A stretch of DNA of 64,000 bases from an archaeon GW2011_AR15. GTDB lineage: Archaea > Nanobdellota > Nanobdellia > Woesearchaeales > GW2011-AR15. Below are positions 56,098-64,000 of this stretch, in pieces; position 1 is the first letter of the stretch, and every line of letters starts with the position of its first letter. Location of the stretch: the NCBI GenBank assembly GCA_000830295.1, contig CP010425.1, positions 96,001-160,000 on the forward strand, given 5' to 3'. The notes under the pieces were generated by a model. The model ran no database searches. It saw nothing but the letters and a program-made list of their open reading frames with translations, and was not told the origin of the DNA. The position numbers and the translations under genes were made by a program.

Positions 56098-58071
56098 ATG
56101 GTATTGAATCTTATTTTGGTTGCGAGCCTTCTCGCCTTGTTGTATGCCGGCTGCCTTGCCTTCTATATACTAAGGCAGGATCCGGGAAACAAGAAGATGC
56201 AGGAAATCGCAGATGCGATTGCACAGGGCGCAAAGGCTTATCTATTGAGACAGAACACAACAATTGCTGTTGTTACAATTGTATTGGCAGGAATTATATG
56301 GTATCTGCTTGGCATGACAACTGCCCTTACATTCGTGCTGGGCGCATTCCTTTCCGCTGTAGCGGGGTTCATAGGAATGATGATCTCAGTCAAGGCAAAC
56401 GTCAGGACTGCACAGGCAGCCAATAAGGGGCTAAGAGAGGCAATGGACCTTGGCTTCAAAGGCGGAACTGTAACAGGAATGGCAGTTGTCGGGCTTGGGC
56501 TGCTTGGTATCTCACTCTTATTTGGAGTTTACAATGACCCTAAGGCAATAATAGGGTTTGGCTTCGGAGCTTCGCTTATCAGCTTATTTGCGAGAGTGGG
56601 TGGGGGAATCTACACAAAAGGAGCTGACGTAGGGGCAGATTTAGTCGGAAAAGTTGAGAAGGGAATCCCTGAAGACGACCCAAGGAATCCTGCGGTCATA
56701 GCAGACAACGTGGGAGACAACGTGGGAGACTGCGCAGGAATGGCTGCCGACCTTTTCGAATCATATTCAGTAACACTGATAGCTGCAATGCTTCTTGGGC
56801 TTTCAATCGTGGGAAGCATGCCTAATGCAGTAATATATCCTATGGCCCTTGGCGGAGTGGCAATCCTTGCTTCAATCCTGGGGACATTTGTGGTAAGGAC
56901 AGATGACAAAAATAAGATATGGTCTGCGCTGAACAGGGGGATACTTGTAACTGCACTGCTTTCAGCAGTCGGGTTTTACTTTGTGACTGTTCTGCTGATG
57001 GGCAGCATGGCTTTCTTCTATGCGGCTCTTACAGGCCTGGCTGTTACAGTTGCCATCGGCCAGATTGTTGAATACTACACCTCAGCAGACAAAAAGCCTA
57101 CACAGGATGTTTCAGAGGCATCAACAACAGGCTCAGGAACAAACATAATCATGGGGCTTGCTGTTGGAATGGAAAGCACACTGCTTCCGGTGCTTGTGAT
57201 ATGCGCAGGAATCTTCGCCTCATTTTATTTTGCAGGAGTCTATGGAATTGCAGTCGCTGCAATGGCAATGCTTGCGATGACAGGGATTGTTGTGTCAGTT
57301 GATTCCTTTGGCCCTATAACAGACAATGCAGGCGGAATAGCAGAGATGTCCAACCTTCCTGAAAAAGTAAGGGAAAACACAGACGCGCTTGATGCTGTAG
57401 GAAACACAACAAAAGCAGTGACAAAGGGATTTGCAATCGGAGGGGCTGCGCTTGCTGCACTCTCACTTTTCGTTGCATATTCCGAGGAAGTCGGCCTGAC
57501 AATAATAAATATCCTTGACCATAGGGTTGTCATAGGACTGTTCATCGGCGGCGTCCTGCCGTTTGTATTCTCATCAATGACAATGAGGGCAGTCGGAAGG
57601 GCTGCAAAGCTTATTGTTGAGGAAGTCAGGAGGCAGTACAGGGAAATAAAAGGCATCATGGAAAGAAAGGCAAAGCCTGATTATGCCAGATGCGTTGACA
57701 TAAGCACAAAAGCAGCAATAAATGAGCTTATTGTTCCAGGGCTGATTGCCGTGCTTTCACCTCTTGCAGTGGGCCTTCTTCTGGGACCGGCTGCTCTTGG
57801 CGGAATGCTTGCAGGGGCAATAATCACAGGACTGCTTATGGCAATAATGATGACAACAGGAGGGGCTACCTGGGACAATGCAAAGAAATACATTGAAAAG
57901 GGAGCCTATGGCGGAAAAGGCAGCGAAGCCCACAAGGCAGCTGTTGTTGGTGATACTGTCGGTGACCCATTCAAGGACACAGCAGGACCGGCACTTAACC
58001 CGCTGATAAAGGTTGTCAACACAATAGCACTGCTTGCAGCAGGGCTGATATTGACTTACGGGCTTTTCTAA
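56098..58071 (+). CDS. hppA: Membrane-integral H+-translocating pyrophosphatase, predicted K+-independent
   Basis: [34 protein letters not shown] (Lys determinant), [10 protein letters not shown]. Confidence 0.95.
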   Translation: MVLNLILVASLLALLYAGCLAFYILRQDPGNKKMQEIADAIAQGAKAYLLRQNTTIAVVTIVLAGIIWYLLGMTTALTFVLGAFLSAVAGFIGMMISVKANVRTAQAANKGLREAMDLGFKGGTVTGMAVVGLGLLGISLLFGVYNDPKAIIGFGFGASLISLFARVGGGIYTKGADVGADLVGKVEKGIPEDDPRNPAVIADNVGDNVGDCAGMAADLFESYSVTLIAAMLLGLSIVGSMPNAVIYPMALGGVAILASILGTFVVRTDDKNKIWSALNRGILVTALLSAVGFYFVTVLLMGSMAFFYAALTGLAVTVAIGQIVEYYTSADKKPTQDVSEASTTGSGTNIIMGLAVGMESTLLPVLVICAGIFASFYFAGVYGIAVAAMAMLAMTGIVVSVDSFGPITDNAGGIAEMSNLPEKVRENTDALDAVGNTTKAVTKGFAIGGAALAALSLFVAYSEEVGLTIINILDHRVVIGLFIGGVLPFVFSSMTMRAVGRAAKLIVEEVRRQYREIKGIMERKAKPDYARCVDISTKAAINELIVPGLIAVLSPLAVGLLLGPAALGGMLAGAIITGLLMAIMMTTGGATWDNAKKYIEKGAYGGKGSEAHKAAVVGDTVGDPFKDTAGPALNPLIKVVNTIALLAAGLILTYGLF

Positions 58072-58110
58072 ACAGAAAAGCTTAAAATTTAATTTTTTCT
58101 CCTTTCTTTT

Positions 58111-58500
58111 ATGGATATTGAAGAATGGTTCCTGAAATCTGAAGAACTGATCCTGATGCGGCTGACTTCAGAGCTTGAACATGCTGCTGCAGGGACCAGG
58201 GCGCTGATAAAGCCAAGGGGAGCATACATGCCTCATGGATATGACCAGGGCATATTCTATGGATATGTAAACCCTGTGCCAAACAATGGCTCAAGATGCG
58301 GCTATGCAAAATTCTGCTGGGAAACTGCAAACGAAGTTCTGATCGGAATAAAAGTTCCTATAAATCTTTCTTTTATCCACTCAGCAGGAAAATTCTTTGA
58401 GGTTAATTATCCTCCAAAGCTTAAGCTGGAAAAAATATTCCCCGGAGATCCCAACCACACAGAAATTCTTGGATATCTGGATGATCTCCAATATGCCTAG
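58111..58500 (+). CDS. Hypothetical protein
   Basis: BRE/TATA gaaaagcttaaa upstream. Confidence 0.45.
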   Translation: MDIEEWFLKSEELILMRLTSELEHAAAGTRALIKPRGAYMPHGYDQGIFYGYVNPVPNNGSRCGYAKFCWETANEVLIGIKVPINLSFIHSAGKFFEVNYPPKLKLEKIFPGDPNHTEILGYLDDLQYA

Positions 58501-58553
58501 GCACTGGACATCAGTGCAAAAACTATTTAATTTGATTTCGTATTTCCTCCTTT

Positions 58554-59768
58554 ATGGACTTTAACTGCCCTTACTGCGGGAGCTCCAGGCTTCATCACCT
58601 GAGAAGCTGCCCAAAAATGTATTCTATGGTGAAGCAGAAGCAGTTCAATGAAAAGGCAAAGCAGGATTATTTCGGGGAATCGCCCAATGTCTTCATAGGA
58701 AGATACGGCTATCCGAAAGTTAATGTGGGTTTCCTGTCAAATGAAGAGCTGCCTAAAGACACGGATATGCCTAAATTATGGTCCAGGGAGAATTATGACA
58801 TCCCGAAGATTGTTGACCTGAGAAGCAACCTGATAAACTCGAGGTTCAAGGCCGACATAAAGAGCTTTGACGAGAAATTCATGGATGTCGCAAAAGAAGT
58901 CTCAATGGCAGAGAAGCCTGTTGATGTTGAAGTCCATCTTAACAAGAGGCCTGTCTTCAGCCTGAAGCTTGACAATGACATAACACCCTACGGCCCGTCT
59001 GTGGAGCTTGAGAAAGCTGAGATAACTGAAAATCCCTCAATAACAAGGCAGGTCGACAAAGTTGTGGGCGATGAAGACATGAAGGCGGTTGATGCGATGG
59101 ATTATCTCTACAGCAAGGGATATGATGAACATTTCCTTACAAAGCTGATTTCTGTGGGGAATATCGGAATAGGAAAAAACAGGAAGCTCGTGCCCACAAG
59201 ATGGTCAATAACTGCTGTGGATGACACGCTTGGGAAAAATCTTATCTCAGAAATAAAAAATTTTTCTGAGTATGAATATGCTGCGCATTTCGGAGGCTAT
59301 CTTGGAAATTACTATCTCATACTGTTCTTCCCGGAGATCTGGTCATACGAGCTTTTTGAGACTTATGTGGGTGACCCAAGCCAGCCGAAAAAAAGCGAGA
59401 TAGAGACATCGACAGACTATGAGTCCTACGAGGGAAGAAAGGATTATGCAAGCAATACTGTCGGGGGCTATTATGCAGCCAGGCTTGGCATACTTGAATA
59501 CCTGATATCAAAAAAAAGGCAGGCATCTGTGCTGGCATTAAGGTTTATCACAAACGAGTATTATATGGGACTCGGTGTCTGGGTTGTAAGGCAGGCAACA
59601 AGGCATGCCCTTGAATCAAAAACAATAAAGTTCTCATCAAAGGAGCTCATGCTCAGTTATGCAAGATTAATGATTAAAAAAAAATTCAGCTTTGATGCTG
59701 AGGAACTGCTGAAAAAGAGCATGTTGCTGAAAGAGATAAAAGAACAAAAGAAGCTCAGCAGCTTCTGA
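58554..59768 (+). CDS. nreA: DNA repair protein NreA
   Basis: VFIGRYGYPKV, LVPTRWSITAVD, GGYYAARL, GVW.VR, C-terminal PIP box QKKLSSF. Confidence 0.9.
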   Translation: MDFNCPYCGSSRLHHLRSCPKMYSMVKQKQFNEKAKQDYFGESPNVFIGRYGYPKVNVGFLSNEELPKDTDMPKLWSRENYDIPKIVDLRSNLINSRFKADIKSFDEKFMDVAKEVSMAEKPVDVEVHLNKRPVFSLKLDNDITPYGPSVELEKAEITENPSITRQVDKVVGDEDMKAVDAMDYLYSKGYDEHFLTKLISVGNIGIGKNRKLVPTRWSITAVDDTLGKNLISEIKNFSEYEYAAHFGGYLGNYYLILFFPEIWSYELFETYVGDPSQPKKSEIETSTDYESYEGRKDYASNTVGGYYAARLGILEYLISKKRQASVLALRFITNEYYMGLGVWVVRQATRHALESKTIKFSSKELMLSYARLMIKKKFSFDAEELLKKSMLLKEIKEQKKLSSF

Positions 59769-59772
59769 AAAA

Positions 59773-60297
59773 TTATTCAGCCTTTTTCTCTGCTGGCTTT
59801 TCTTCCTTTGGAGCTGCCTTTTTCTCTTCTTTGGAGTGCTCTTTTGGTTTCTCCTCTTTCTTTGGCTTCTCTTTCTTTTTAGGCTCTTCGGCGGGCTTTT
59901 CAGCTGGTGCTTCCCCTTCTGCTGCCGGAGCTCCTCCTAATGGTGTCTTTCCATGCTTAAGGATTTTCATTGAAACTTGTGTAATCCTCTCGTGGATTGT
60001 ATTCCCGCAGACTGTCCTTCTCAGCCTGATGCCTGCTTCTCTGTTCCTTGTTCCGACGCCGGTTGTGATAAGGACCTGTTTCCTTACCGGGCCCTCGATA
60101 TCCTTCCTCATCGGGAAGCCGCAGTAGTCTGCTCCGCCTGTAATCTCAAATTCGTATCCGGCAAGGTCAAAAGCCTCTCCTTTTATTGTATCTCCTATCT
60201 TTTTTCCAAGGAGGGAATTTGCATTTTCTTCAGACACTGCAATCTGGTGTGTTTTCCCTGACTTAGGGTCTCCTATGCTTAGCTTAAATTCAACCAT
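59773..60297 (-). CDS. rps6e: 30S ribosomal protein eS6 with charged C-terminal tail
   Basis: FKLSIGDPK, ITGGAD.CGFPMR.D, RRTVCGN. Confidence 0.95.
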   Translation of the reverse strand: MVEFKLSIGDPKSGKTHQIAVSEENANSLLGKKIGDTIKGEAFDLAGYEFEITGGADYCGFPMRKDIEGPVRKQVLITTGVGTRNREAGIRLRRTVCGNTIHERITQVSMKILKHGKTPLGGAPAAEGEAPAEKPAEEPKKKEKPKKEEKPKEHSKEEKKAAPKEEKPAEKKAE

Positions 60298-60322
60298 CTT
60301 AATTGTTCACCTTTTGATTTTA

Positions 60323-60375
60323 TGCTGAGAAACCTTTAAGCCCCTTCGGGTCAACCCAAGGCATGCGCCTCAGCA
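60323..60375 (-). promoter_or_regulatory. Structured 5' leader of rps6e (candidate cis-regulatory RNA)
   Basis: TGCTGAG/CTCAGCA closing stem with inner CCTT/AAGG and CCC-GAA-GGG; begins about 22 nt after BRE/TATA aaaaaagcttttaaat. Confidence 0.5.
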
Positions 60376-60437
60376 ATTGAAATGGAGTTGCAGATGATTT
60401 AAAAGCTTTTTTGTTTTGGAATAGAGAAATAAAAAAT

Positions 60438-60545
60438 GTCGGGAATGAGGGGAAACCTCACACCTCCCGAAAAAGCGGGTGTCGGCGTTTCAAAGTTCCA
60501 TAGATACGCCTGTGACTACACTAGGAAATTACCTGTTATTCTGAC
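60438..60545 (-). ncRNA. Candidate multi-stem non-coding RNA, family unknown, strand uncertain
   Basis: Relatively GC-rich island with complementary ends and internal stems; oligo-T run directly 3' on the minus strand. Confidence 0.4.
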
Positions 60546-60642
60546 TACTTTACATAACTTTTATAAACACTCCATTTTTCCAAATCAGTAAGAAATGTGG
60601 GCATATCCTATACGGAAGCCTGAATCTTAAAGGTGATAAAAA

Positions 60643-61215
60643 ATGAGCATGTACAAATATATAAGGCAGGCCTGGAAAAAACCGAAGAAAAATCTTGGTG
60701 AGATATGGAAAGAGAGGCTTGTTCAGTGGAGAAAGGAACCTGTTACAATAAGGATAGAAAAGCCTACTAGGCTGGACAGAGCAAGAGCTCTTGGATATAA
60801 GGCCATTCAGGGAGTTTTCATTGTAAGGCAGAGAGTCCAAAGGGGAGGAAGGCAGAGGCTGCAGATAAGGAAGGCCAGAAGGTCAAAGACCCAAAGGCAC
60901 AAGAAGATAGTTGCAAGAAACTATCAGAGCATTGCAGAAGAAAGAGCAAACAAGAAGTTCCTGAACTGCGAGGTGCTTAATTCATACTGGGTTGGCGAAG
61001 ATGGTGTGTACAAGTGGTATGAGGTTATCATGGTAGACAGAAGCCACCCTGTTGTCAAGTCAAAGCACTACCTGAGCTGGATTGCAAAGAAAAAAGCAAG
61101 GGCTTTCAGAGGCATTACATCTGCAAGCAGGAAAAGCAGAGGCCTGAGAAACAAAGGCAAGGGAGCTGAGAAGCTGAGGCCAAGCCTGAGAGCGCACAAC
61201 AGGCAGGCTCATTAA
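60643..61215 (+). CDS. rpl15e: 50S ribosomal protein eL15
   Basis: [40 protein letters not shown]. Confidence 0.97.
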   Translation: MSMYKYIRQAWKKPKKNLGEIWKERLVQWRKEPVTIRIEKPTRLDRARALGYKAIQGVFIVRQRVQRGGRQRLQIRKARRSKTQRHKKIVARNYQSIAEERANKKFLNCEVLNSYWVGEDGVYKWYEVIMVDRSHPVVKSKHYLSWIAKKKARAFRGITSASRKSRGLRNKGKGAEKLRPSLRAHNRQAH

Positions 61216-61331
61216 ATGTCAAGAACCGCTTATCTGTAAATGGCGGTTCTTGAGTATGCTCACGATTTCCACGATGTGGTGTTGTCATTTTCAACTCGCT
61301 ATTGGAACACGAGTGGAAATCGCGACATTTA
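61213..61331. repeat. Inverted-repeat-bounded structured element (MITE-like or ncRNA)
   Basis: Terminal TAAATGTC/GACATTTA; internal perfect stems tcaagaaccgc/gcggttcttga and cgatttccac/gtggaaatcg. Confidence 0.55.
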
Positions 61332-61360
61332 TATATTATTTTTATTTCATATCCATACAC

Positions 61361-61477
61361 GGGCCCGTGGTCTAGTGGTTCAAGTGGTTAGAAATAACAA
61401 CTTACACAAATGACGTTGCCCTTACAAGCATATGCTAAGTGAGGCGAAGGTCACCAGTTCGACTCTGGTCGGGCCCA
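61361..61477 (+). tRNA. tRNA-Val(TAC) with two introns (D-loop ~61380-61409; 37/38 at 61427-61441)
   Basis: Acceptor GGGCCCG/CGGGCCC; TTGCC CT TAC A [15 nt] A GGCGA with BHB CTTA/TAAG; ~30-nt hairpin insert in the D-loop; ACCAG TTCGACT CTGGT. Confidence 0.85.
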
Positions 61478-61487
61478 CTATTTTTCT

Positions 61488-61982
61488 TTATTCAGGAAAC
61501 AGATACATTATCCTCTCTTCAGCAGCCTCATTAACGAGCTCAATAATCCTGTCTTTCATTCCCTGCGGGATTCTGCCCACAGATTTCAGCATGCCAAGAT
61601 ATCCGTCCAGAATAGGCTTATATGCTGCCCTGAACTCATTGCTGTCCTTAAATTCGGCTTTTACAGCTTCTTCATACGTGTCAACATTATGCCTTATCAG
61701 CCTCTGGTAAAACTCTACTGTTCCACGAAGAAGGCCCCTATCAATTTCAAATGACTTAAATTCATTGGCCAGTGCATCCAAATCGCCTTCGGAAGGCGGA
61801 TAATCCATCCTGTATGCCTCATCAAGGAAAAACCTGGCTTTTTCAGCTCCGAGATCGAAAAATTTGGAGCGGGCTGCTTTCAGCATGAGCTTCATAACCT
61901 TCCCGCTCTCTGAGTAAAGTTTGCCATATATGTCCTCAAACCCTTTCATCTCAAATTCAAGGATAGCATCATAAAGACTCAT
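61488..61982 (-). CDS. Hypothetical helical protein
   Basis: ATG 61982 about 22 nt after tttataata. Confidence 0.55.
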   Translation of the reverse strand: MSLYDAILEFEMKGFEDIYGKLYSESGKVMKLMLKAARSKFFDLGAEKARFFLDEAYRMDYPPSEGDLDALANEFKSFEIDRGLLRGTVEFYQRLIRHNVDTYEEAVKAEFKDSNEFRAAYKPILDGYLGMLKSVGRIPQGMKDRIIELVNEAAEERIMYLFPE

Positions 61983-62062
61983 GCTCCCGGAGAATTGCAT
62001 TTTTATTATAAAGATATCCAAAGATTGAAAAAATTTTTATACTAATCAGACAAACAAAACCC

Positions 62063-62362
62063 ATGCGCAAGAAAAACGGGAATGCAATAGCCATGATATG
62101 GCTCATATTCGCCCAGCTGTTTATGCTGATAACCCTGCTTCCCTGGTTTGCTGTGTTCGGGCCTTCTTTTATGGTATTCGACAAACAAAATCCAATACTC
62201 TCAGCATTATACGTCGGAGCTGTGGGAAGCTATCCTGTTGTCTGTATCCTCCTCTCAATATTCGCCTGGAAAGCGTATGCCGAGGACAAAATAAGAAAAG
62301 CCGTTGTTCTTGGCTCAATACCCATAGTAATAGCTATAATTTTTATGCTGCTCATAATTTAA
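62063..62362 (+). CDS. Small 3-TM membrane protein
   Basis: Three hydrophobic segments; TATA upstream. Confidence 0.65.
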   Translation: MRKKNGNAIAMIWLIFAQLFMLITLLPWFAVFGPSFMVFDKQNPILSALYVGAVGSYPVVCILLSIFAWKAYAEDKIRKAVVLGSIPIVIAIIFMLLII

Positions 62363-62403
62363 ACCCAAACTTTTAAATAACTTCTGCTCCTTGCATCTTT
62401 TCT

Positions 62404-63072
62404 ATGAGGAAAAAACCGAAGAGCTTTCTCGGGAAGGCATGGGATTTCATCTGGCATGACAACTCTATATGGAGCTGGATTGTGAATGTCATACTTGCAT
62501 TTGTGCTGATAAAATTCCTTATATACCCCGGGCTTGGCTTTGCCTTTGGGACAAGCCACCCTGTTGTTGCTGTTGTCTCAAGCAGCATGGAGCATGAAGG
62601 CATGGACTATGATGAATTCTGGGCAGAGACAGGAAAATGGTACGAAGAAAACATGGGGATAACGAAAGAGGAATTCAGGAAATATCCTTTCAGTAGCGGA
62701 TTCAGCAAGGGAGATATAATGGTGCTGGTCGGCGTTTCGCCTGATAAAATAAAAAAGGGGGATATACTTGTATTCTGGAACCAGGAAAACAATCCCAATG
62801 CATATCCTATAATACACAGGGTTACTGGTTTTGTGGAAACAGAAAAAAACGGCTTTTTCTACCAGACAAAAGGCGACAACCCTATAACAAACAAGGAGCC
62901 TATAGACTTCTGCAACAGTACAGGATGCATTGATGAAAAGAACATACATGAGAACCAGGCCATAGGGAAAGCAATATTCAGGATACCTTTCATCGGCAAC
63001 CTTAAGATATGGTTTGTTGATTTCCTTCATATGGTCGGCGTGGGAACCACAGTGGACGGGGTGCTGAATTAA
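62404..63072 (+). CDS. Signal peptidase I (Sec11/S26B type)
   Basis: VVSSSMEH, GDI, PIIHRV, TKGDN, IPFIG. Confidence 0.9.
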   Translation: MRKKPKSFLGKAWDFIWHDNSIWSWIVNVILAFVLIKFLIYPGLGFAFGTSHPVVAVVSSSMEHEGMDYDEFWAETGKWYEENMGITKEEFRKYPFSSGFSKGDIMVLVGVSPDKIKKGDILVFWNQENNPNAYPIIHRVTGFVETEKNGFFYQTKGDNPITNKEPIDFCNSTGCIDEKNIHENQAIGKAIFRIPFIGNLKIWFVDFLHMVGVGTTVDGVLN

Positions 63073-63073
63073 A

Positions 63074-63391
63074 ATGATGTTCTGCCCGAAATGCGGCTCA
63101 ATACTTGGACCGAAAAAAGTTGGGGGAAAGACAGTAATGGGATGCAGTTGTGGCTATATTAACAGGAAACCGGAGAAACTCGAGATAAAAGAAGTCATTA
63201 AAGACAAAGAAGAGATAGTACCTGTTGAAGAAGAAGTTGAGGTGCATCCATTAACAGACGACGCTGAATGCCCGAAATGCGGGCACACTAAGGCATATTA
63301 CTGGGAAGTCCAGACAAGGGCATCTGACGAGCCTGCGACCAAATTTCTCAAATGCGAGAAGTGCAAACACATATGGCGGGACTATAAATGA
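63074..63391 (+). CDS. tfs: Transcription elongation factor TFS
   Basis: FCPKCG, CPKCG, QTRASDEP, CEKC.H.WR. Confidence 0.95.
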   Translation: MMFCPKCGSILGPKKVGGKTVMGCSCGYINRKPEKLEIKEVIKDKEEIVPVEEEVEVHPLTDDAECPKCGHTKAYYWEVQTRASDEPATKFLKCEKCKHIWRDYK

Positions 63392-64000
63392 CTTCTGTTG
63401 AATTCTCAAGGCCAAAATCATTAGAAGGGTATAGATGCGTGGATATGCATTTTCATACAACCCACAGTGACGGCGCTGCAACTGTTGAGCAGATACTTGG
63501 AAAGATAAGGACATTGAAGATAGGCGTTGCAGTCACAGACCATACGACCATCTCAGGCTCGCTGGAAATTTTCAGGAAAAAATCAGAGAAAGACTTTGTT
63601 ATCCCCGGAGTGGAAATCAACTCAGAAGAGCGCGTTGATGTCCTTTTCTATTTCTATGATATTGAGGAAATGAAATCTTTTTACAAAAAGGAAATCCTCC
63701 CGAACAGGGTCAGGATGCTGCGATACTTCAGATCAACACTTTCGCTGCCTGAACTTCACAAACTGTCTAAAAAATACAACTGCGTGACTTCTGTGGCACA
63801 TCCTTATGGCTATACAATGAGAGGCGGCTCAAATAGGATATTTGAAAAAAATGAAAATGAACTAAAAAAATTTGATGCAGTAGAAGCCATAAACGGCGGA
63901 ACATCAAGGAAAAACAACCGGCGCGCTGTTGATTATATAAAACAGAACCTTAAATCATATACCGGCGGCAGCGACGGCCATTCAATCTATCCGCTGGGCA
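63388..64000 (+). CDS. PHP-domain phosphoesterase (runs off the window end)
   Basis: Manual translation from ATG 63388: DMHFHTTHSDG, AVTDH, PGVEI, AHPY, EAING, GGSDGH. Confidence 0.85.
   Translation, partial: MTSVEFSRPKSLEGYRCVDMHFHTTHSDGAATVEQILGKIRTLKIGVAVTDHTTISGSLEIFRKKSEKDFVIPGVEINSEERVDVLFYFYDIEEMKSFYKKEILPNRVRMLRYFRSTLSLPELHKLSKKYNCVTSVAHPYGYTMRGGSNRIFEKNENELKKFDAVEAINGGTSRKNNRRAVDYIKQNLKSYTGGSDGHSIYPLG

Noticed and set aside
60438-60545. 5S rRNA call
   Set aside because: Could not find loop C (CCGAAC-like) or loop E motifs in the proper helix context; kept only as an unassigned ncRNA candidate.

Overview
This window looks like a small-genome archaeon, most likely DPANN and Woesearchaeota-like (inferred from TFB, TFS, Rpo4, eL15, eL21, eS6, archaeal AlaRS, NreA with a PIP box, BRE/TATA promoters and intron-containing tRNAs). 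From left to right it holds: (1) 1-8.96 kb, an RHS/YD polymorphic-toxin locus with an unusual split two-gene architecture, three toxin/immunity cassettes and degenerate copies; (2) 9-26 kb, housekeeping genes, a Mn/Fe ABC transporter with a DtxR-family repressor and operator, two intron-bearing tRNAs each flanked by an AT-rich gene, a probably inactive tyrosine recombinase and an ExeA-like ATPase pair; (3) 26.1-45.9 kb, a ~20 kb divergent locus that is the main discovery; (4) 46-64 kb, housekeeping genes, two tRNA-Val genes (one with two introns) and several candidate structured RNAs. In the 26.1-45.9 kb locus, the right arm encodes what appears to be a complete ubiquitin-like conjugation cascade: a Ubl ending in GG-R, an E2-like protein, a JAB/JAMM peptidase and a tandem-ThiF E1, followed by two membrane proteins. 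The left arm encodes a TelA-like coiled-coil protein, an unknown protein, an AAA+ ATPase and a DUF6638-like protein, then ten tandem paralogous lipoprotein or membrane-anchored surface proteins. All family assignments come from motif recognition by eye; no database searches were run.
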